The notes under the pieces were generated by a model. That model was not told the origin of the DNA. It worked only from the letters and a program-made list of their open reading frames with translations, and did no database searches. A stretch of DNA of 64,000 nucleotides from Candidatus Eiseniibacteriota bacterium (lineage in GTDB: Bacteria > Eisenbacteria > RBG-16-71-46): NCBI GenBank assembly GCA_963744995.1, contig CAVUWA010000002.1, positions 544,001-608,000 of the forward strand. The letters run 5' to 3'. How positions within the stretch are numbered: the stretch's first letter is position 1; each line of letters begins with the position of its first letter. A program made the position numbers and the translations under genes. Below, piece after piece: positions 49,583-61,231 of this stretch.

Positions 49583-50005
49583 ATGTTGATGCCCAAGCGA
49601 GTCAAGTACCGCAAGCAGCAGCGCGGCCGGATGAACGGGAAGGCGCATCGCGGCTCGGCCGTGACCTTCGGCGAATTCGGCCTGCAGGCGCTCGAGCCGG
49701 CGTGGATCACCAACCGGCAGATCGAGGCCGCGCGTGTCGCCATCACGCGCAGTATCAAGCGCGGCGGCAAGATGTGGATCCGGATCTTCCCGGACAAGCC
49801 GGTCACGAAGAAGCCCGCCGAAACGCGCATGGGCAAGGGCAAGGGCGCGCCGGAGTTCTGGGTCGCGGTCATCAAGCCCGGCCGCATCATGTTCGAGCTG
49901 GAAGGCATTGCGAAGCCGGTGGCACAGGAGGCCATGCGCCTCGGTGCGTCGAAGCTGCCGATTCGTACGCGGTTCGTGGAGCGCCACGAACTGGGAGGGG
50001 ATTGA
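49583..50005 (+). CDS. rplP: 50S ribosomal protein L16
   Basis: [17 protein letters not shown]. Confidence 0.98.
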   Translation: MLMPKRVKYRKQQRGRMNGKAHRGSAVTFGEFGLQALEPAWITNRQIEAARVAITRSIKRGGKMWIRIFPDKPVTKKPAETRMGKGKGAPEFWVAVIKPGRIMFELEGIAKPVAQEAMRLGASKLPIRTRFVERHELGGD

Positions 50006-50007
50006 TC

Positions 50008-50235
50008 GTGGCTCACATCAAGGCGAGCGCCATGCGTGACATGACCGTCGACGAGCTCGAGGTCCGGCTCACGGATCTGCGCGAGGAAATGTTCAACCTG
50101 CGCTTCCGCAACACCATGAAGCAGCTCGACAATCCGCTGAAGATCAGGGAGAGCCGTCGCGAGATGGCACGCCTGCTGACGGTGCTGCGTGAGAAGGAAC
50201 GCGCCGCGCAGTCGAGCGGTCAGGAGAAGTCATGA
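50008..50235 (+). CDS. rpmC: 50S ribosomal protein L29
   Basis: [10 protein letters not shown]...[20 protein letters not shown] start. Confidence 0.94.
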   Translation: MAHIKASAMRDMTVDELEVRLTDLREEMFNLRFRNTMKQLDNPLKIRESRREMARLLTVLREKERAAQSSGQEKS

Positions 50236-50519
50236 CGGAAACGGTGACGACGGAAGCGGGACAGAAGCCCCGCAATCGCAGGAAGGTCCGCACGGGCCGC
50301 GTGGTCAGCGACCGGATGGACAAGACCGCTGTGGTCTCGATCGAGCGGCTGGTCAAGCATCCGGTGTACGGGCGCTACGTGCGCCGCCGCGAGAAGTTCA
50401 AGGTGCACGACGAGCAGAACCAGTGCCACGTCGGCGATCTGATTCGGTTCATGGAAACGCGACGCATGTCGAAGGACAAGCGCTGGCGCCTCGTCGAGGT
50501 GCTGGAGCGCGCGAAATAA
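50232..50519 (+). CDS. rpsQ: 30S ribosomal protein S17
   Basis: [22 protein letters not shown]. Confidence 0.97.
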   Translation: MTETVTTEAGQKPRNRRKVRTGRVVSDRMDKTAVVSIERLVKHPVYGRYVRRREKFKVHDEQNQCHVGDLIRFMETRRMSKDKRWRLVEVLERAK

Positions 50520-50536
50520 CACTGTAGGAGTCGGAC

Positions 50537-50905
50537 ATGATTCAGCTGCGTACCATGGTGACCGTCGCCGACAATTCCGGCGCCAAGCGGGCCCAGTGCA
50601 TCAAGGTCCTCGGCGGACACCACAAGCGTTACGGCCGGCTCGGCGACATCGTCGTCGTGTCCGTGAAGGACGCGATTCCGGGCGCCCAGGTGAAGAAGGG
50701 CGACGTCGCGAAGGCGGTCGTCGTACGCGCCGTGAAGGAAGGCCGCCGCAAGGACGGCTCCTACATCCGCTTCGACGAAAACGCCGTCGTGCTGATCAAC
50801 GACGACAAGGAACCGCGGGGCACCCGTATTTTCGGCCCGGTGGCCCGCGAGCTGCGCGAGAAGGCGTTCATGAAGATCATTTCGCTCGCCCCGGAGGTCC
50901 TCTGA
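50537..50905 (+). CDS. rplN: 50S ribosomal protein L14
   Basis: [26 protein letters not shown]. Confidence 0.98.
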   Translation: MIQLRTMVTVADNSGAKRAQCIKVLGGHHKRYGRLGDIVVVSVKDAIPGAQVKKGDVAKAVVVRAVKEGRRKDGSYIRFDENAVVLINDDKEPRGTRIFGPVARELREKAFMKIISLAPEVL

Positions 50906-51231
50906 TGGCGCGCAAGATCCGCAAGGGCGACACCGTCCAGGTGATCGCCGGCGACGACAAGGGCAAAGTAGGACGCGTGCTCGCCGTCGACCCGGTCAAG
51001 AATCGGATCATCGTCGAGAACGTGAATTTCGTGAAGCGTCACACCAAGGCGCGTCAGCAGGGCATGTCGAGCGGCATCATCGAGAAGGAAGCGCCGCTGC
51101 ACCTGTCGAACGTGCTGCTGTACGACACGAAGCTCCAGCGCGGCGCGCGCACCGGTGTCCGGATGCTTCCGGACGGCGGTCGCGAGCGCGTCTCGCGCGC
51201 GAGTGGCGAGGTACTGACGAAGTCTGACTAG
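50905..51231 (+). CDS. rplX: 50S ribosomal protein L24
   Basis: IRKGDTVQVIAGDDKGKVG, EAPLHLSNV. Confidence 0.97.
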   Translation: MARKIRKGDTVQVIAGDDKGKVGRVLAVDPVKNRIIVENVNFVKRHTKARQQGMSSGIIEKEAPLHLSNVLLYDTKLQRGARTGVRMLPDGGRERVSRASGEVLTKSD

Positions 51232-51339
51232 GCGCACGCCCCGAGCGCCGCGATGGACGCGGACGGGAGGTGCGGAGCAGCGATCCTGAGGCACCAGGGT
51301 CGATCGGATCGCTGAACGGACCCTGGAGAAGAAGGCGAC

Positions 51340-52032
51340 ATGGCGACGGAACAGAAGACGAAAGCGCCCAAGGGCGACAAGAAGGGTGGCGGCAAGAAGG
51401 CCGGCAGCGGCAAGAAGGACGCCGCGGGCAAGGGCAAGGGCAAGGGCAAGACCGAGGTCGACGCGGGGCGTCCGCGCGGCCCGGCCGTGAAGCCGCGCCT
51501 CGAGACGTTCTATCACGAGACCGTGCGCCCGGCGCTGGTCGAGAAGTTCGGCTACTCGAGCGTCATGCAGGCGCCGCGCTTCGAAAAGATCGTGCTCAAC
51601 ATGGGCGTCGGCGACGCCATCCAGGACCAGAAGCTGCTGGATGCGGCGGCCGGCGAAATGGCCCAGATCGCCGGGCAGAAGCCGGCGATCCGCCGCGCCA
51701 AGAAGGCGATTTCGAACTTCAAGCTGCGCGCCGGCCTCCCGATCGGGTGCGCCGTGACGCTGCGCGGCGCGCGGATGTACGAGTTCTTCGATCGGCTCAT
51801 CAACGTCGCGGTGCCCCGCATTCGCGACTTTCGCGGTCTGAATCCGCGCTCGTTCGACGGGCGCGGCAATTACACGATGGGCCTGACCGAGCAGATCATC
51901 TTTCCGGAGATCAACTACGACCAGGTTCCGAAGGTGCGCGGGATGGACGTCACGATCGTGACGAGCGCGAAGACGGATGAAGAAGGGCGCGAGCTGCTGC
52001 GCCTGATGCGGATGCCCTTCCGGACGCGCTGA
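51340..52032 (+). CDS. rplE: 50S ribosomal protein L5 with Lys/Gly-rich N-terminal extension
   Basis: [26 protein letters not shown]. Confidence 0.97.
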   Translation: MATEQKTKAPKGDKKGGGKKAGSGKKDAAGKGKGKGKTEVDAGRPRGPAVKPRLETFYHETVRPALVEKFGYSSVMQAPRFEKIVLNMGVGDAIQDQKLLDAAAGEMAQIAGQKPAIRRAKKAISNFKLRAGLPIGCAVTLRGARMYEFFDRLINVAVPRIRDFRGLNPRSFDGRGNYTMGLTEQIIFPEINYDQVPKVRGMDVTIVTSAKTDEEGRELLRLMRMPFRTR

Positions 52033-52084
52033 AGCGTCCGGCGGCCCGCGCCCGCGTGCGCGGTGCCCAAGCGTTGGAGGAAGC

Positions 52085-52270
52085 GTGGCGAAGAAGTCAC
52101 TCATCGAAAAATGGAAGCGGAAGCCGAAGTTCAAGGTGCGCGCCTACACCCGCTGCAATCGCTGCGGGCGTCCGCGTGGCTACCTGCGCGACTTCGGACT
52201 CTGCCGCCTGTGTTTCCGGGAGCTGGCCCTGAGCGGGCAGATTCCGGGCGTCGTCAAATCCAGCTGGTGA
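52085..52270 (+). CDS. rpsZ: 30S ribosomal protein S14 type Z
   Basis: 61 aa, CNRCGRPR...[16 protein letters not shown]. Confidence 0.96.
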   Translation: MAKKSLIEKWKRKPKFKVRAYTRCNRCGRPRGYLRDFGLCRLCFRELALSGQIPGVVKSSW

Positions 52271-52360
52271 ACCCGTCCCCGCGAGGGGCGACGAATCAGG
52301 CTGCAGCCGGTCACACCGCATGGCGGCGTGGCGCGCTGAACGCTGGTTCGAGGAGGATGG

Positions 52361-52759
52361 ATGTCGGTCAGTGATCCGGTCGCAGATTTCCTGACGAGCG
52401 TGCGCAACGCGATCCGCGCGAAGCATCGCCGCGTGGACGTGCCCGCTTCGAAGCTCAAGACGGAGATCGCCAAGGTGCTCCTCAGGGAGCGTTTCATCAA
52501 CAATTTCAAGCTGATCGAGGACTCGAAGCAGGGCATCCTGCGGATCTACCTCAAGTACGCGGCCGACGAGGCCAGCGTCGTGACCGATCTGCAGCGCGTC
52601 AGCCGGCCCAGCCGGCGCGTGTACGTGGGCAAGGATGCGCTGCCCCGCGTGATGGGCGGTCTCGGCATCTCGATCCTCACCACTTCCCGCGGCGTGATGA
52701 CCGAACGCGAGGCGCGCGAGTCGGGCCTCGGCGGCGAAGTCATCTGCCGGGTCTGGTAG
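52361..52759 (+). CDS. rpsH: 30S ribosomal protein S8
   Basis: DPVADFLTSVRNA, SRPSRRVY, GGEVIC. Confidence 0.97.
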   Translation: MSVSDPVADFLTSVRNAIRAKHRRVDVPASKLKTEIAKVLLRERFINNFKLIEDSKQGILRIYLKYAADEASVVTDLQRVSRPSRRVYVGKDALPRVMGGLGISILTTSRGVMTEREARESGLGGEVICRVW

Positions 52760-52768
52760 GAGGGCGGC

Positions 52769-53305
52769 ATGTCCAGAATCGGAAAGCTGCCCGTCACGAT
52801 CCCGTCGGGCGTGACCGTCGAAGTCCGCAAGCGCGAGGTGTTCGTCAAGGGCCCCAGGGGCGAGATGACGCACCCGGTCCTGGTCGGCACCGACGTCGAA
52901 GTCGAAGGCAACACGGTACGCGTGCTCACCGAACGGGTGACGCGCAATCCCGCCTACGGCACGATGCGCTCGAAGATCAACAACATGGTGATCGGCGTCA
53001 CGCAGGGTTTTTCGAAGACGCTCGAGATCAACGGCACCGGATATCGCGCCACGATGGAGGGCAAGAAGCTGGTGCTGCAACTCGGCTTCTCGCACCCGGT
53101 GGAATTCGATCCGCCCGCGGGCATCGCGATCAAGTGCGAGAATCCGACCCGCGTCGTGATCAGCGGTCACGACAAGGCGCTGGTCGGGCAGGTGGCGGCG
53201 GACATCCGCGGCTATCGCCCGCCGGAGCCGTACAAGGGCAAGGGTATCAAGTACGAGGGCGAGCACGTTCGCCGCAAGGCCGGTAAAGCGGCCGGGAGCG
53301 CCTGA
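52769..53305 (+). CDS. rplF: 50S ribosomal protein L6
   Basis: [25 protein letters not shown]. Confidence 0.98.
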   Translation: MSRIGKLPVTIPSGVTVEVRKREVFVKGPRGEMTHPVLVGTDVEVEGNTVRVLTERVTRNPAYGTMRSKINNMVIGVTQGFSKTLEINGTGYRATMEGKKLVLQLGFSHPVEFDPPAGIAIKCENPTRVVISGHDKALVGQVAADIRGYRPPEPYKGKGIKYEGEHVRRKAGKAAGSA

Positions 53306-53664
53306 TGAGCGGCAAGCACAACAAATACGAGCGACGGAACATCCGGCGCCTGCGCATCCGCAACCGGGTGCAGGGCACGGCGGAGCGCCCACGGCTCTCG
53401 GTGTTCCGCAGCGGCAGGCACATCTACGCGCAGATCATCGACGACACGCGCGGCGTCACGCTGGTCGCGGCTTCGAGCCGCGAGGCGGACATCGGCGCCG
53501 GACCGGGCCGGGTGTCCGTGAGCACCGCCGTCGGCAGGCGGGTCGGCGAGCGCGCGAAGGAAAAGGGCGTCGCGAAGGTCTGCTTCGATCGCGGCGGCTA
53601 CATCTATCACGGGCGCGTGAAGGCCCTGGCCGACGGCGCGCGCGCCGCCGGTCTCGAGTTCTAG
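53305..53664 (+). CDS. rplR: 50S ribosomal protein L18
   Basis: [25 protein letters not shown]. Confidence 0.97.
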   Translation: MSGKHNKYERRNIRRLRIRNRVQGTAERPRLSVFRSGRHIYAQIIDDTRGVTLVAASSREADIGAGPGRVSVSTAVGRRVGERAKEKGVAKVCFDRGGYIYHGRVKALADGARAAGLEF

Positions 53665-53673
53665 GAGGACACC

Positions 53674-54204
53674 GTGGCGCGCTTTCAGGATGCACAGAAG
53701 TCCGAGTTCGCCGAACGAGTGATTGCGGTGAATCGTTGCGCCAAGGTCGTCAAGGGCGGCCGGCGCTTCTCGTTCAACGCCATCGTCGCGATCGGTGATC
53801 AGAAGGGGCGCGTGGGCGTGGGTCTCGGCAAGGCCAACGAAGTCGCCGACGCGATCCGCAAGGCCGGCGAGGCCGCGCGGAAGGGCATGTTCAAGGTGCC
53901 CGTGACCAAGCACGGCTCGATTCCGCACCAGACGCTCGGTCGCTTCGGGGCCGGACGGGTGCTGCTCAAGCCGGCTTCGGCGGGGACCGGCGTGATCGCG
54001 GGGTCCGGCGTGCGCGCCGTGCTCGAGGTCGCCGGCGTCCACAACGTGCTCACCAAGTGTCTCGGTTCGCGCAACCCGCACAACCTCGTGAAGGCCACCG
54101 TCGAGGGGCTCAAGAGCCTCAAGCGGCCGTCCGAGATCGCCGCGCGTCGTGGCATCACGGTGGCCGAGGTGTTCGGCAACCGGGAGGTGGCGAGTGGCAC
54201 GTAA
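53674..54204 (+). CDS. rpsE: 30S ribosomal protein S5
   Basis: [22 protein letters not shown]. Confidence 0.97.
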   Translation: MARFQDAQKSEFAERVIAVNRCAKVVKGGRRFSFNAIVAIGDQKGRVGVGLGKANEVADAIRKAGEAARKGMFKVPVTKHGSIPHQTLGRFGAGRVLLKPASAGTGVIAGSGVRAVLEVAGVHNVLTKCLGSRNPHNLVKATVEGLKSLKRPSEIAARRGITVAEVFGNREVASGT

Positions 54205-54379
54205 GATCCGCATTCGACAGATCAGGAGTGCAAACGGCCATCCGGCGGACCAGGCGCGCACGGTGCGCGCCCTCGGCATTCGCCACCTGCAGCAGATCGT
54301 CGAGCACAACGACACGCCCCAGATCCGGGGAATGGTTTTCAAGGTCCGCCACCTCGTGAAGGTGGAGGAGATCGGTTAG
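54194..54379 (+). CDS. rpmD: 50S ribosomal protein L30
   Basis: TVRALGIR...[19 protein letters not shown] start after GGAGG. Confidence 0.94.
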   Translation: MARKIRIRQIRSANGHPADQARTVRALGIRHLQQIVEHNDTPQIRGMVFKVRHLVKVEEIG

Positions 54380-54382
54380 GAC

Positions 54383-54898
54383 ATGGCTATGCGCATTGGA
54401 GACATTCGTCCCGCTGCCGGCGCCACCCGCACGAAGAAGCGGCGCGGCAAGGGCTCGGCGAGCGGACTCGGTGGCACGTCCGGCAAGGGTCACAAGGGGA
54501 AGAAGGCGCGCGCCGGCGGCAAGATTCCCGCATGGTTCGAGGGCGGCCAGATGCCGATTCAGCGCCGCCTGCCGAAGCGCGGCTTCAAGCCCATCGATTC
54601 CACCGTGTACCAGATCGTGAAGCTCGGGGCGCTGAGCGCGGCGGCGGCGGGTTCGACCGTCGATCGCGCGTGGCTCGAGGCGCGGCGCATCGTGCGGCGC
54701 CCGGGGCCGGTCAAGCTGCTGTCGGGCGGCGAACTCAAGCATGCGGTGACGGTCAAGGTCGACGCCGCGAGCGAGAGCGCGCGGAAAGCGGTCGAAGCCG
54801 CGGGCGGCAAGATCGAAATACCGGCCGCCGCCGCCGACCACCGGACGAAGAAGGGCAAGTTCAAGCCGCGCGCGTCGCGGTCCACCACGAAGGCGTAA
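54383..54898 (+). CDS. rplO: 50S ribosomal protein L15
   Basis: GKGHKG, FEGGQMPIQRRLPKRGF. Confidence 0.97.
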   Translation: MAMRIGDIRPAAGATRTKKRRGKGSASGLGGTSGKGHKGKKARAGGKIPAWFEGGQMPIQRRLPKRGFKPIDSTVYQIVKLGALSAAAAGSTVDRAWLEARRIVRRPGPVKLLSGGELKHAVTVKVDAASESARKAVEAAGGKIEIPAAAADHRTKKGKFKPRASRSTTKA

Positions 54899-54904
54899 CT
54901 CTTC

Positions 54905-56224
54905 ATGCTCGAGAAGATCCGCAACATCTTCCAGGTCCCCGAACTCAAGCGCCGGATTCTGTTCACGCTGGCGATGTTCGTGGTGTACCGGCTGGGCGAG
55001 CACGTGCCGACGCCGGGCGTCGATGCGCGCGCGCTGCAGGGTGCGTTCGAGAGCCAGAAGGGGACCCTGTTCGGGCTCTACGACCTGTTCGTCGGCGGCG
55101 CGTTCTCGCGCGCGACGATCTTCGCGCTCGGCATCATGCCGTACATCTCGTCCTCGATCATCATTCAGGTGCTCGGGGCGGTGGTGCCGTACTTCGAGAA
55201 GCTCAAGAAGGAAGGCGAAGAAGGCCAGAAGAAGATCACGCAGCTCACCCGCTACGGGACCGTGCTGATCTCGATCGTGCAGTCGTTCGCCTACAGCTGG
55301 TACCTGGTGAACATGAACGCGCAGGGCAACTCGGTGGTCCCCGACGTCGGCCCCGTGTTCTTCCTGTCGACGATCGTGACGCAGACGACCGGCACCATGT
55401 TCGTCATGTGGCTGGGCGAGCGGATCACCGAGCACGGCATCGGCAACGGCATCTCGCTGATCATCTTCGTGAACATCCTCGGCGGCGTGCCGAACGCGCT
55501 GCTCGCGGGTTACGACAGTTTCCGCGCCGGCAATCTGACGCTGCTGACGGTCATCAGCGTGCTGGCGATCATGGTGGCAGTCATCGCCGCGGTGATCGTC
55601 ATGACGCAGGCGACGCGCAAGATCCCGGTGCAGTACGCGAAGCGCATCGTGGGACGCCGCATGTACGGCGGCGCGAGCACGCACATTCCGCTGCGACTGA
55701 ACTCGGCGGGCGTGATCCCGATCATCTTCGCTTCGAGCTTCATGATTCTGCCGGCGACGGTGGCCGGATTCGTGCCGCCCACGAGTGCGCTGGCGGGCAT
55801 CGGCGCGTGGCTGAATCCGCGTTCGCCGGTGTACATGATCGTCTACGGAGTCATCATCATCTTCTTCACCTACTTCTACACCGCGGTCGTGCTGAATCCG
55901 AACGACCTGGCGGAGAACATGCGCAAGTACGGCGGCTTCGTCCCCGGGATCCGTCCGGGGCGCAAGACCGCCGAGTACATCGACCGGGTGCTGTCGCGGA
56001 TCACGCTGCCGGGAGCGATTTTCCTGGCGCTGATCGCGGTGTTGCCGGACGCGATCATGGGCGCGATGGGGCTGCCGTTCCTCGGCTTCGGCGGAACGAG
56101 CGTCCTCATCGTCGTGGGTGTGGCGCTGGATACGCTGCAACAGGTGGAGTCGCATCTGCTGATGCGCCATTACGAAGGATTCGTGAAGCGTGGCCGCATT
56201 CGCGGCCGGCAGGGAAGGATGTAG
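54905..56224 (+). CDS. secY: Preprotein translocase SecY
   Basis: ALGIMPYISSSII, WLGERIT..GIGNGISL, FGGTSVLIVVGV. Confidence 0.98.
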   Translation: MLEKIRNIFQVPELKRRILFTLAMFVVYRLGEHVPTPGVDARALQGAFESQKGTLFGLYDLFVGGAFSRATIFALGIMPYISSSIIIQVLGAVVPYFEKLKKEGEEGQKKITQLTRYGTVLISIVQSFAYSWYLVNMNAQGNSVVPDVGPVFFLSTIVTQTTGTMFVMWLGERITEHGIGNGISLIIFVNILGGVPNALLAGYDSFRAGNLTLLTVISVLAIMVAVIAAVIVMTQATRKIPVQYAKRIVGRRMYGGASTHIPLRLNSAGVIPIIFASSFMILPATVAGFVPPTSALAGIGAWLNPRSPVYMIVYGVIIIFFTYFYTAVVLNPNDLAENMRKYGGFVPGIRPGRKTAEYIDRVLSRITLPGAIFLALIAVLPDAIMGAMGLPFLGFGGTSVLIVVGVALDTLQQVESHLLMRHYEGFVKRGRIRGRQGRM

Positions 56225-56226
56225 AC

Positions 56227-56799
56227 GTGCGGCTGGTGCTCCTCGGGCCGCCGGGAGCGGGCAAGGGAACGCAGGGGCGGAAGCTCTCCGCGGCGCTGGG
56301 CTGGCCGCTGATCTCCACCGGCGACATCCTGCGCCGGGCGGTGGCCGAGAAGACGGCACTGGGCGTTCAGGCCCAGCATCAGATGAATCAGGGCCTGCTG
56401 GTGGGCGACGACGTGATGATCGGGCTGGTGCGGGAGCGCACGCTCGAGCCGGATACGGAAAAGGGGTACATCCTCGACGGTTTTCCGCGGACGGTGCCGC
56501 AGGCAGCGGCGCTGGACGCGATGCTCGCCGAACGCGGGCAGCAGCTGGACGCAGTAGTCAGCCTCACGGTGTCCGAAGAAGAGATCGTCGAGCGCCTCGC
56601 GGCGCGCAGGAACCAGGAGTCGCGTGTGGACGACGACGCGGCGACGGTGCACAAGCGCATCGAGGTGTACAGGGAACAGACCGAGCCGCTGATCGAGTAC
56701 TACCGCGATCGCGGGCGGCTCGTCGAAGTGCAGGGCGTCGGCAGCATCGAGGCGATTTACGGATCGCTGCGCGAGGCGCTCGGCATCGGTGGCGGTTGA
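56227..56799 (+). CDS. adk: Adenylate kinase, short-LID type
   Basis: LLGPPGAGKGTQ, ISTGDILR, LDGFPRT; short ERLAARRNQESRVDD LID. Confidence 0.95.
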   Translation: MRLVLLGPPGAGKGTQGRKLSAALGWPLISTGDILRRAVAEKTALGVQAQHQMNQGLLVGDDVMIGLVRERTLEPDTEKGYILDGFPRTVPQAAALDAMLAERGQQLDAVVSLTVSEEEIVERLAARRNQESRVDDDAATVHKRIEVYREQTEPLIEYYRDRGRLVEVQGVGSIEAIYGSLREALGIGGG

Positions 56800-56809
56800 G
56801 GATTCGAAC

Positions 56810-57565
56810 GTGGTCTATCTGAGGGATCAAAACGAGATTCGGGCGATTCGCGAGGCGGCGCAGCTGGTGGCGCAGACGCTCGAGATGCTCGGGCGTGAAG
56901 TGCGGCCCGGCGTGTCGACGGCCGAGCTCGACCGGCTGGCGGAGGCGTTCATCCGCGAGCACGGCGCGCGGCCGGCGTTCAAGGGCTATCGCGGGTTTCC
57001 GGCTTCGATCTGTCCTTCGATCAACGACCAGGTGGTCCACGCGATTCCGGGCGAGCGCCGCCTGGAGCGGGGCGACGTGATCTCGATCGACGTGGGCGTC
57101 GAGAAGGGCGGTTATTTCGGCGATGCGGCGCGCACGTTCACCGTCGGTGAGCCGGATGCGAAGATCGGCAGGCTGCTCGAGGTGACGGAACAGGCGCTGC
57201 AGAAGGGCATCGAACAGGCGCGGGCCGGAAAGCGCGTCGGCGACATCTCGCACGCGATCCAGTCGCACGTCGAACGGAATGGTTTCTCGGTGGTCCGGGA
57301 GCTCGTCGGACACGGAATCGGTCGTGCCATGCACGAAGAGCCGAACGTGCCGAACTACGGGCCGCCGGATCGCGGACCCCGCCTGATGGCGGGGCAGGTG
57401 ATCGCGATCGAGCCGATGGTGAACATCGGTGGTCCGGAGGTGCTGACGCAGCCCGATGGATGGACGGTCGTGACGAAAGACGGTTCGCTGAGCGCGCACT
57501 TCGAGCACACGGTCGTGGTGGGCGAACAGGGGCCGGAAATCCTCTCCCGGCTGGATGGGGACTGA
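56810..57565 (+). CDS. map: Methionine aminopeptidase type I
   Basis: [32 protein letters not shown]. Confidence 0.97.
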   Translation: MVYLRDQNEIRAIREAAQLVAQTLEMLGREVRPGVSTAELDRLAEAFIREHGARPAFKGYRGFPASICPSINDQVVHAIPGERRLERGDVISIDVGVEKGGYFGDAARTFTVGEPDAKIGRLLEVTEQALQKGIEQARAGKRVGDISHAIQSHVERNGFSVVRELVGHGIGRAMHEEPNVPNYGPPDRGPRLMAGQVIAIEPMVNIGGPEVLTQPDGWTVVTKDGSLSAHFEHTVVVGEQGPEILSRLDGD

Positions 57566-57582
57566 GGACCGAAGGGGAACGA

Positions 57583-57801
57583 TTGGCGAAAGAAGAGGGC
57601 ATCCAGGTCGAAGGCACCGTGATCGAGCCCTTGCCGAACGCGATGTTTCGCGTGGAGCTGGAAAACGGTCACAAGGTGCTGGCCCACATCTCGGGCAAGA
57701 TGCGGATGCATTTCATTCGGATTCTGCCGGGCGACAAGGTCACCGTCGAGCTGTCGCCCTACGACCTGAGCCGAGGGCGCATCGTCTACCGGTACAAGTA
57801 G
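57583..57801 (+). CDS. infA: Translation initiation factor IF-1
   Basis: [28 protein letters not shown] start. Confidence 0.98.
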   Translation: MAKEEGIQVEGTVIEPLPNAMFRVELENGHKVLAHISGKMRMHFIRILPGDKVTVELSPYDLSRGRIVYRYK

Positions 57802-57861
57802 GCGGTCCGGCGGCTCGCGGAATGTCGTGATCGAACGTGGCGGGATGGAAGGACGGCGGAC

Positions 57862-57981
57862 ATGAAGGTTCGTTCATCCGTGAAAAAGATCTGCGAGCAC
57901 TGCAAGGTGGTGCGTCGCAAGGGTGTGATCCGCGTGATCTGCAAGCGCAATCCGCGGCACAAGCAGCGTCAGAAGGGTTAG
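57862..57981 (+). CDS. rpmJ: 50S ribosomal protein L36
   Basis: Manual translation [39 protein letters not shown]. Confidence 0.96.
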   Translation: MKVRSSVKKICEHCKVVRRKGVIRVICKRNPRHKQRQKG

Positions 57982-57991
57982 GAGGAGTTCC

Positions 57992-58384
57992 GTGGCACGT
58001 ATCGCCGGCGTCGATTTGCCAGCCGACAAGCCTGTCGAGATCGCGTTGACCTACCTGTACGGGATCGGTCGCACGACCTCCAGGCGCATTCTCTCCATGG
58101 CCGGTCTGCGTCCGGAGATCCGGGTGCGCGACCTCAGTGACGAAGACACCGGCAAGCTGCGCAACATCATCGAACGCGACATCAAGGTCGAGGGTGCGTT
58201 GCGCAGCGAAATGGCGATGAACATCAAGCGCCTCATGGACATTGGCGCGTATCGAGGTCTGCGGCATCGCCGCGGCCTGCCGGTGCGCGGCCAGCGCACC
58301 AAGACCAACGCGCGCACCCGCAAGGGTCCGAAGAAGACACCGGGGGCGAGGAAGTCCAGCTCGCCGGCCAAGGGCAAGCGGTAA
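57992..58384 (+). CDS. rpsM: 30S ribosomal protein S13
   Basis: [32 protein letters not shown]. Confidence 0.98.
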   Translation: MARIAGVDLPADKPVEIALTYLYGIGRTTSRRILSMAGLRPEIRVRDLSDEDTGKLRNIIERDIKVEGALRSEMAMNIKRLMDIGAYRGLRHRRGLPVRGQRTKTNARTRKGPKKTPGARKSSSPAKGKR

Positions 58385-58432
58385 CCGTCAACGAGCGTGC
58401 GGGCCGTCCGAGGGCCCGCAGGGAGGTTTCGA

Positions 58433-58816
58433 GTGGCTGAGAAGAAGGCCAAGAAGAAGGACCGGCGGGTGGGCGCAAACGGCGTTGCGCACGTCCAGGC
58501 CACCTTCAACAACACGATCGTCACGATCAGCGACACGGATGGCAACGTGGTGAGCTGGGCCAGCGCCGGCAAGGCCGGGTTCAAAGGCTCGCGCAAGAGC
58601 ACGCCGTTCGCCGCCCAGGTGGCGGCCGAGGCCAGTGCGCGCGAGGCGCTGAATGCCGGCATGAAGCGCGTCGAGGTCTGGGTGAAGGGCCCGGGCGCGG
58701 GCCGCGAAGCCGCCATCCGCTCGCTGCAGGCGGCCGGCCTCGAGATCTCCGCCATCAAGGACGTGACGCCCATTCCGCACAACGGATGCCGCCCGCCGAA
58801 GCGGCGCCGGGTCTAG
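58433..58816 (+). CDS. rpsK: 30S ribosomal protein S11
   Basis: [36 protein letters not shown]. Confidence 0.98.
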   Translation: MAEKKAKKKDRRVGANGVAHVQATFNNTIVTISDTDGNVVSWASAGKAGFKGSRKSTPFAAQVAAEASAREALNAGMKRVEVWVKGPGAGREAAIRSLQAAGLEISAIKDVTPIPHNGCRPPKRRRV

Positions 58817-58829
58817 GAGATCACGATCC

Positions 58830-59459
58830 ATGGCTGTTTATCATGACGCACGTTGCCGGCTGTGCCGGCGTGAAGGCGCCAAGCTGTTCCTGAAGGGCGC
58901 ACGCTGTTTCTCGGACAAGTGCGCTTTCGAACGGCGCGGTTACGTTCCCGGCGAGCACGGCAAGGCCCGCCGGAGCAAGGAAACCAACTACGGCCTCCAG
59001 CTGCGAGAGAAGCAGAAGGCGAAGCGCATCTACGGGGTGCTCGAGCGCCAGTTCCGTCACGTGTTCAGCAAGGCGGCGGTGCAGAAGGGCGTCACCGGTG
59101 AGGTGCTGCTGCAGATGCTCGAGTGCCGTCTCGACAACATCGTGTTCCGGCTCGGCTTCGCCGCCTCGCGCAGCGCGGCGCGGCAGCTCGTGCGTCACCG
59201 CCACGTGCAGGTGAACGGCCGCGTCGTGGACATTCCGTCGTACGTCGTTCGCGCGGGGGACGAGATCGCCGTGCGCGAAAAGAGCCGCACCATGACCGTT
59301 GTTGCGAACTCCCTGGAAGCGCGCAAGGGACAGGGCGTGCCCGAATGGCTGGACCTGAACACCGATCAGATGACGGGCCGCGTGCTGCACATCCCGTCCC
59401 GTGAAGCGATCCCGGTTCCGATCAACGAACAGCTGATCGTCGAGCTCTATTCGAAGTAA
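58830..59459 (+). CDS. rpsD: 30S ribosomal protein S4
   Basis: [32 protein letters not shown]. Confidence 0.98.
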   Translation: MAVYHDARCRLCRREGAKLFLKGARCFSDKCAFERRGYVPGEHGKARRSKETNYGLQLREKQKAKRIYGVLERQFRHVFSKAAVQKGVTGEVLLQMLECRLDNIVFRLGFAASRSAARQLVRHRHVQVNGRVVDIPSYVVRAGDEIAVREKSRTMTVVANSLEARKGQGVPEWLDLNTDQMTGRVLHIPSREAIPVPINEQLIVELYSK

Positions 59460-59490
59460 GACAATCGCCTACCCCCAGGGAGGCTTGCCG

Positions 59491-60486
59491 ATGAAGTGGA
59501 AGAATCTGACCATGCCGAAGCAGATCGTCGCCGATCCGGGCAACAACGACGGCTACGGTAAGTTCGTCATCGAACCGCTCGAGCGCGGGTTCGGAATCAC
59601 GCTCGGGAACGCGCTGCGCCGCGTGCTGTTGTCGTCGCTTCAGGGCGCGGCCGTGACGGCGGTGCGTATCGACGGCGTGCTGCACGAGTTCTCGACGCTG
59701 CCGGGCGTGATCGAAGACGTGACCGAAATCATCCTCAACCTCAAGCAGATGCGCCTCAAGCTGCACGGCGACGGTCCGAAGAAGGGCACGTTCGAGAAGC
59801 AGGGCAAAGGCGAGGTGCGCGCCGGGGATCTCGTCGTGGATCCCGAGATCACCGTGCTCAATCCGGATCTGCACATCGCGACGCTGAATCGCGACGGCGA
59901 TCTCCGCATGGAAGTCGAGATCAACGGCGGCCGCGGCTACGTGTCCGCGGATCAGCACTCGCAGACCGATCTGCCGATCGGCGTGATCGCGATCGATTCG
60001 CTGTTCTCGCCGGTGACGCGCGTGAACTACAACGTCGAGGCGACGCGCCTCGGCCAGCGCATCGACTACGACAAGCTGACCGTCGAAGTGTGGACGGACC
60101 GCAGCATCCTGCCGCAGGATGCGGTGGCGCTCGCGGCGAAGGTGCTGCGGGACCACTTCAACCTGTTCATCCACTTCGAGGAGCCGATCGAAGAGGAGGT
60201 CGAGGAAGAAGTGGACGAGGACTACATGCGGACGCGGCGCATCCTCGAGAAGAGCGTCGACGAGCTGGAGCTGTCCGTGCGCTCGAGCAACTGCCTGCGG
60301 GCCGCCGAGATCAAGTCGATCGGCGACCTGGTGCAGAAGAGCGAGGCGGAAATGCTCAAGTACCGCAATTTCGGGCGCAAGTCGCTCAAGGAAATCCAGG
60401 ACATTCTGGGTGAGATGGGGCTGAGCTTCGGCATGGACGTGTCGAAGTTCACGGAGCACCGTTCGCCCGTCAAGACCGAAGCCTGA
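59491..60486 (+). CDS. rpoA: RNA polymerase alpha subunit
   Basis: [40 protein letters not shown]. Confidence 0.98.
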   Translation: MKWKNLTMPKQIVADPGNNDGYGKFVIEPLERGFGITLGNALRRVLLSSLQGAAVTAVRIDGVLHEFSTLPGVIEDVTEIILNLKQMRLKLHGDGPKKGTFEKQGKGEVRAGDLVVDPEITVLNPDLHIATLNRDGDLRMEVEINGGRGYVSADQHSQTDLPIGVIAIDSLFSPVTRVNYNVEATRLGQRIDYDKLTVEVWTDRSILPQDAVALAAKVLRDHFNLFIHFEEPIEEEVEEEVDEDYMRTRRILEKSVDELELSVRSSNCLRAAEIKSIGDLVQKSEAEMLKYRNFGRKSLKEIQDILGEMGLSFGMDVSKFTEHRSPVKTEA

Positions 60487-60529
60487 GCCGCAGCTTCGGC
60501 TCCCGCGACGGACAAGGAAAGAATCCGCC

Positions 60530-61096
60530 ATGCGACATCGGAAAGACCATCGAAAGCTGAGCCGGACTGCTTCGCACCGCCGTGCGGTGCTCCGCAACCT
60601 GGTGACGGCGCTCTTCCAGTACGAGCGCATCGAGACCACTGTCGCGAAGGCCAAGGAAACGCGGCGGCTGGCCGAACGCCTGATCACGTTCGCGAAGCGC
60701 GGCGATCTGGCGGCGCGCCGGCACGTCGACCGTTTCGTGATGCGGCCCGACGTGACCCGGAAGCTGTTCGATACGATCGCGCCGTGGTACGCCGAGCGTC
60801 CGGGCGGCTACACGCGCATCGTGCGCATCGGCCGCCGTCTGGGCGACGCGGGCGAGATCGGCTATCTGGAGCTCGTGAAGAGTGCGGAGCAGCGCGAGAA
60901 GGAGCGCCAGGATCGGATCGCGGCGGAGGAAGCGAAGGACACGAAAGCTGCCCAGAAGGGCGAAGGCGGCAGGCGCAAGGAGAAGGGTGCCCCCGTCGAA
61001 GCCGCCGCGGAGAAGCCGAAGCGCGGCGCCAGGGAGCGTGAAGGCAACGCGCCGGCGCCGGCCAAGAAGCGCACCCGGCGCGTCAAGACCGGCTGA
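60530..61096 (+). CDS. rplQ: 50S ribosomal protein L17 with charged C-terminal extension
   Basis: MRHRK...[23 protein letters not shown]. Confidence 0.97.
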   Translation: MRHRKDHRKLSRTASHRRAVLRNLVTALFQYERIETTVAKAKETRRLAERLITFAKRGDLAARRHVDRFVMRPDVTRKLFDTIAPWYAERPGGYTRIVRIGRRLGDAGEIGYLELVKSAEQREKERQDRIAAEEAKDTKAAQKGEGGRRKEKGAPVEAAAEKPKRGAREREGNAPAPAKKRTRRVKTG

Positions 61097-61111
61097 GCGC
61101 GAGCGCACGCG

Positions 61112-61146
61112 AACGGGCGGGACCTCCGGGTCCCGCCCGTTTTTTT
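61112..61146 (+). terminator. Intrinsic terminator of the alpha operon
   Basis: ACGGGCGGGACC-tccg-GGTCCCGCCCGT followed by a T-run. Confidence 0.9.
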
Positions 61147-61179
61147 CGTCCGCCGGCTTCGGGCGGCCGCGCCCGGTCC

Positions 61180-61207
61180 TCAAGTCAACTGCGGGAGGCA
61201 CCGATAA
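61180..61207 (+). promoter_or_regulatory. Putative sigma28 (FliA/SigD/WhiG-type) promoter
   Basis: TCAA-N16-ACCGATAA versus TAAA-N15/16-GCCGATAA; 24 nt upstream of the kinase ATG. Confidence 0.5.
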
Positions 61208-61231
61208 CAAGGGGGTCACTGACCGCCCTCC

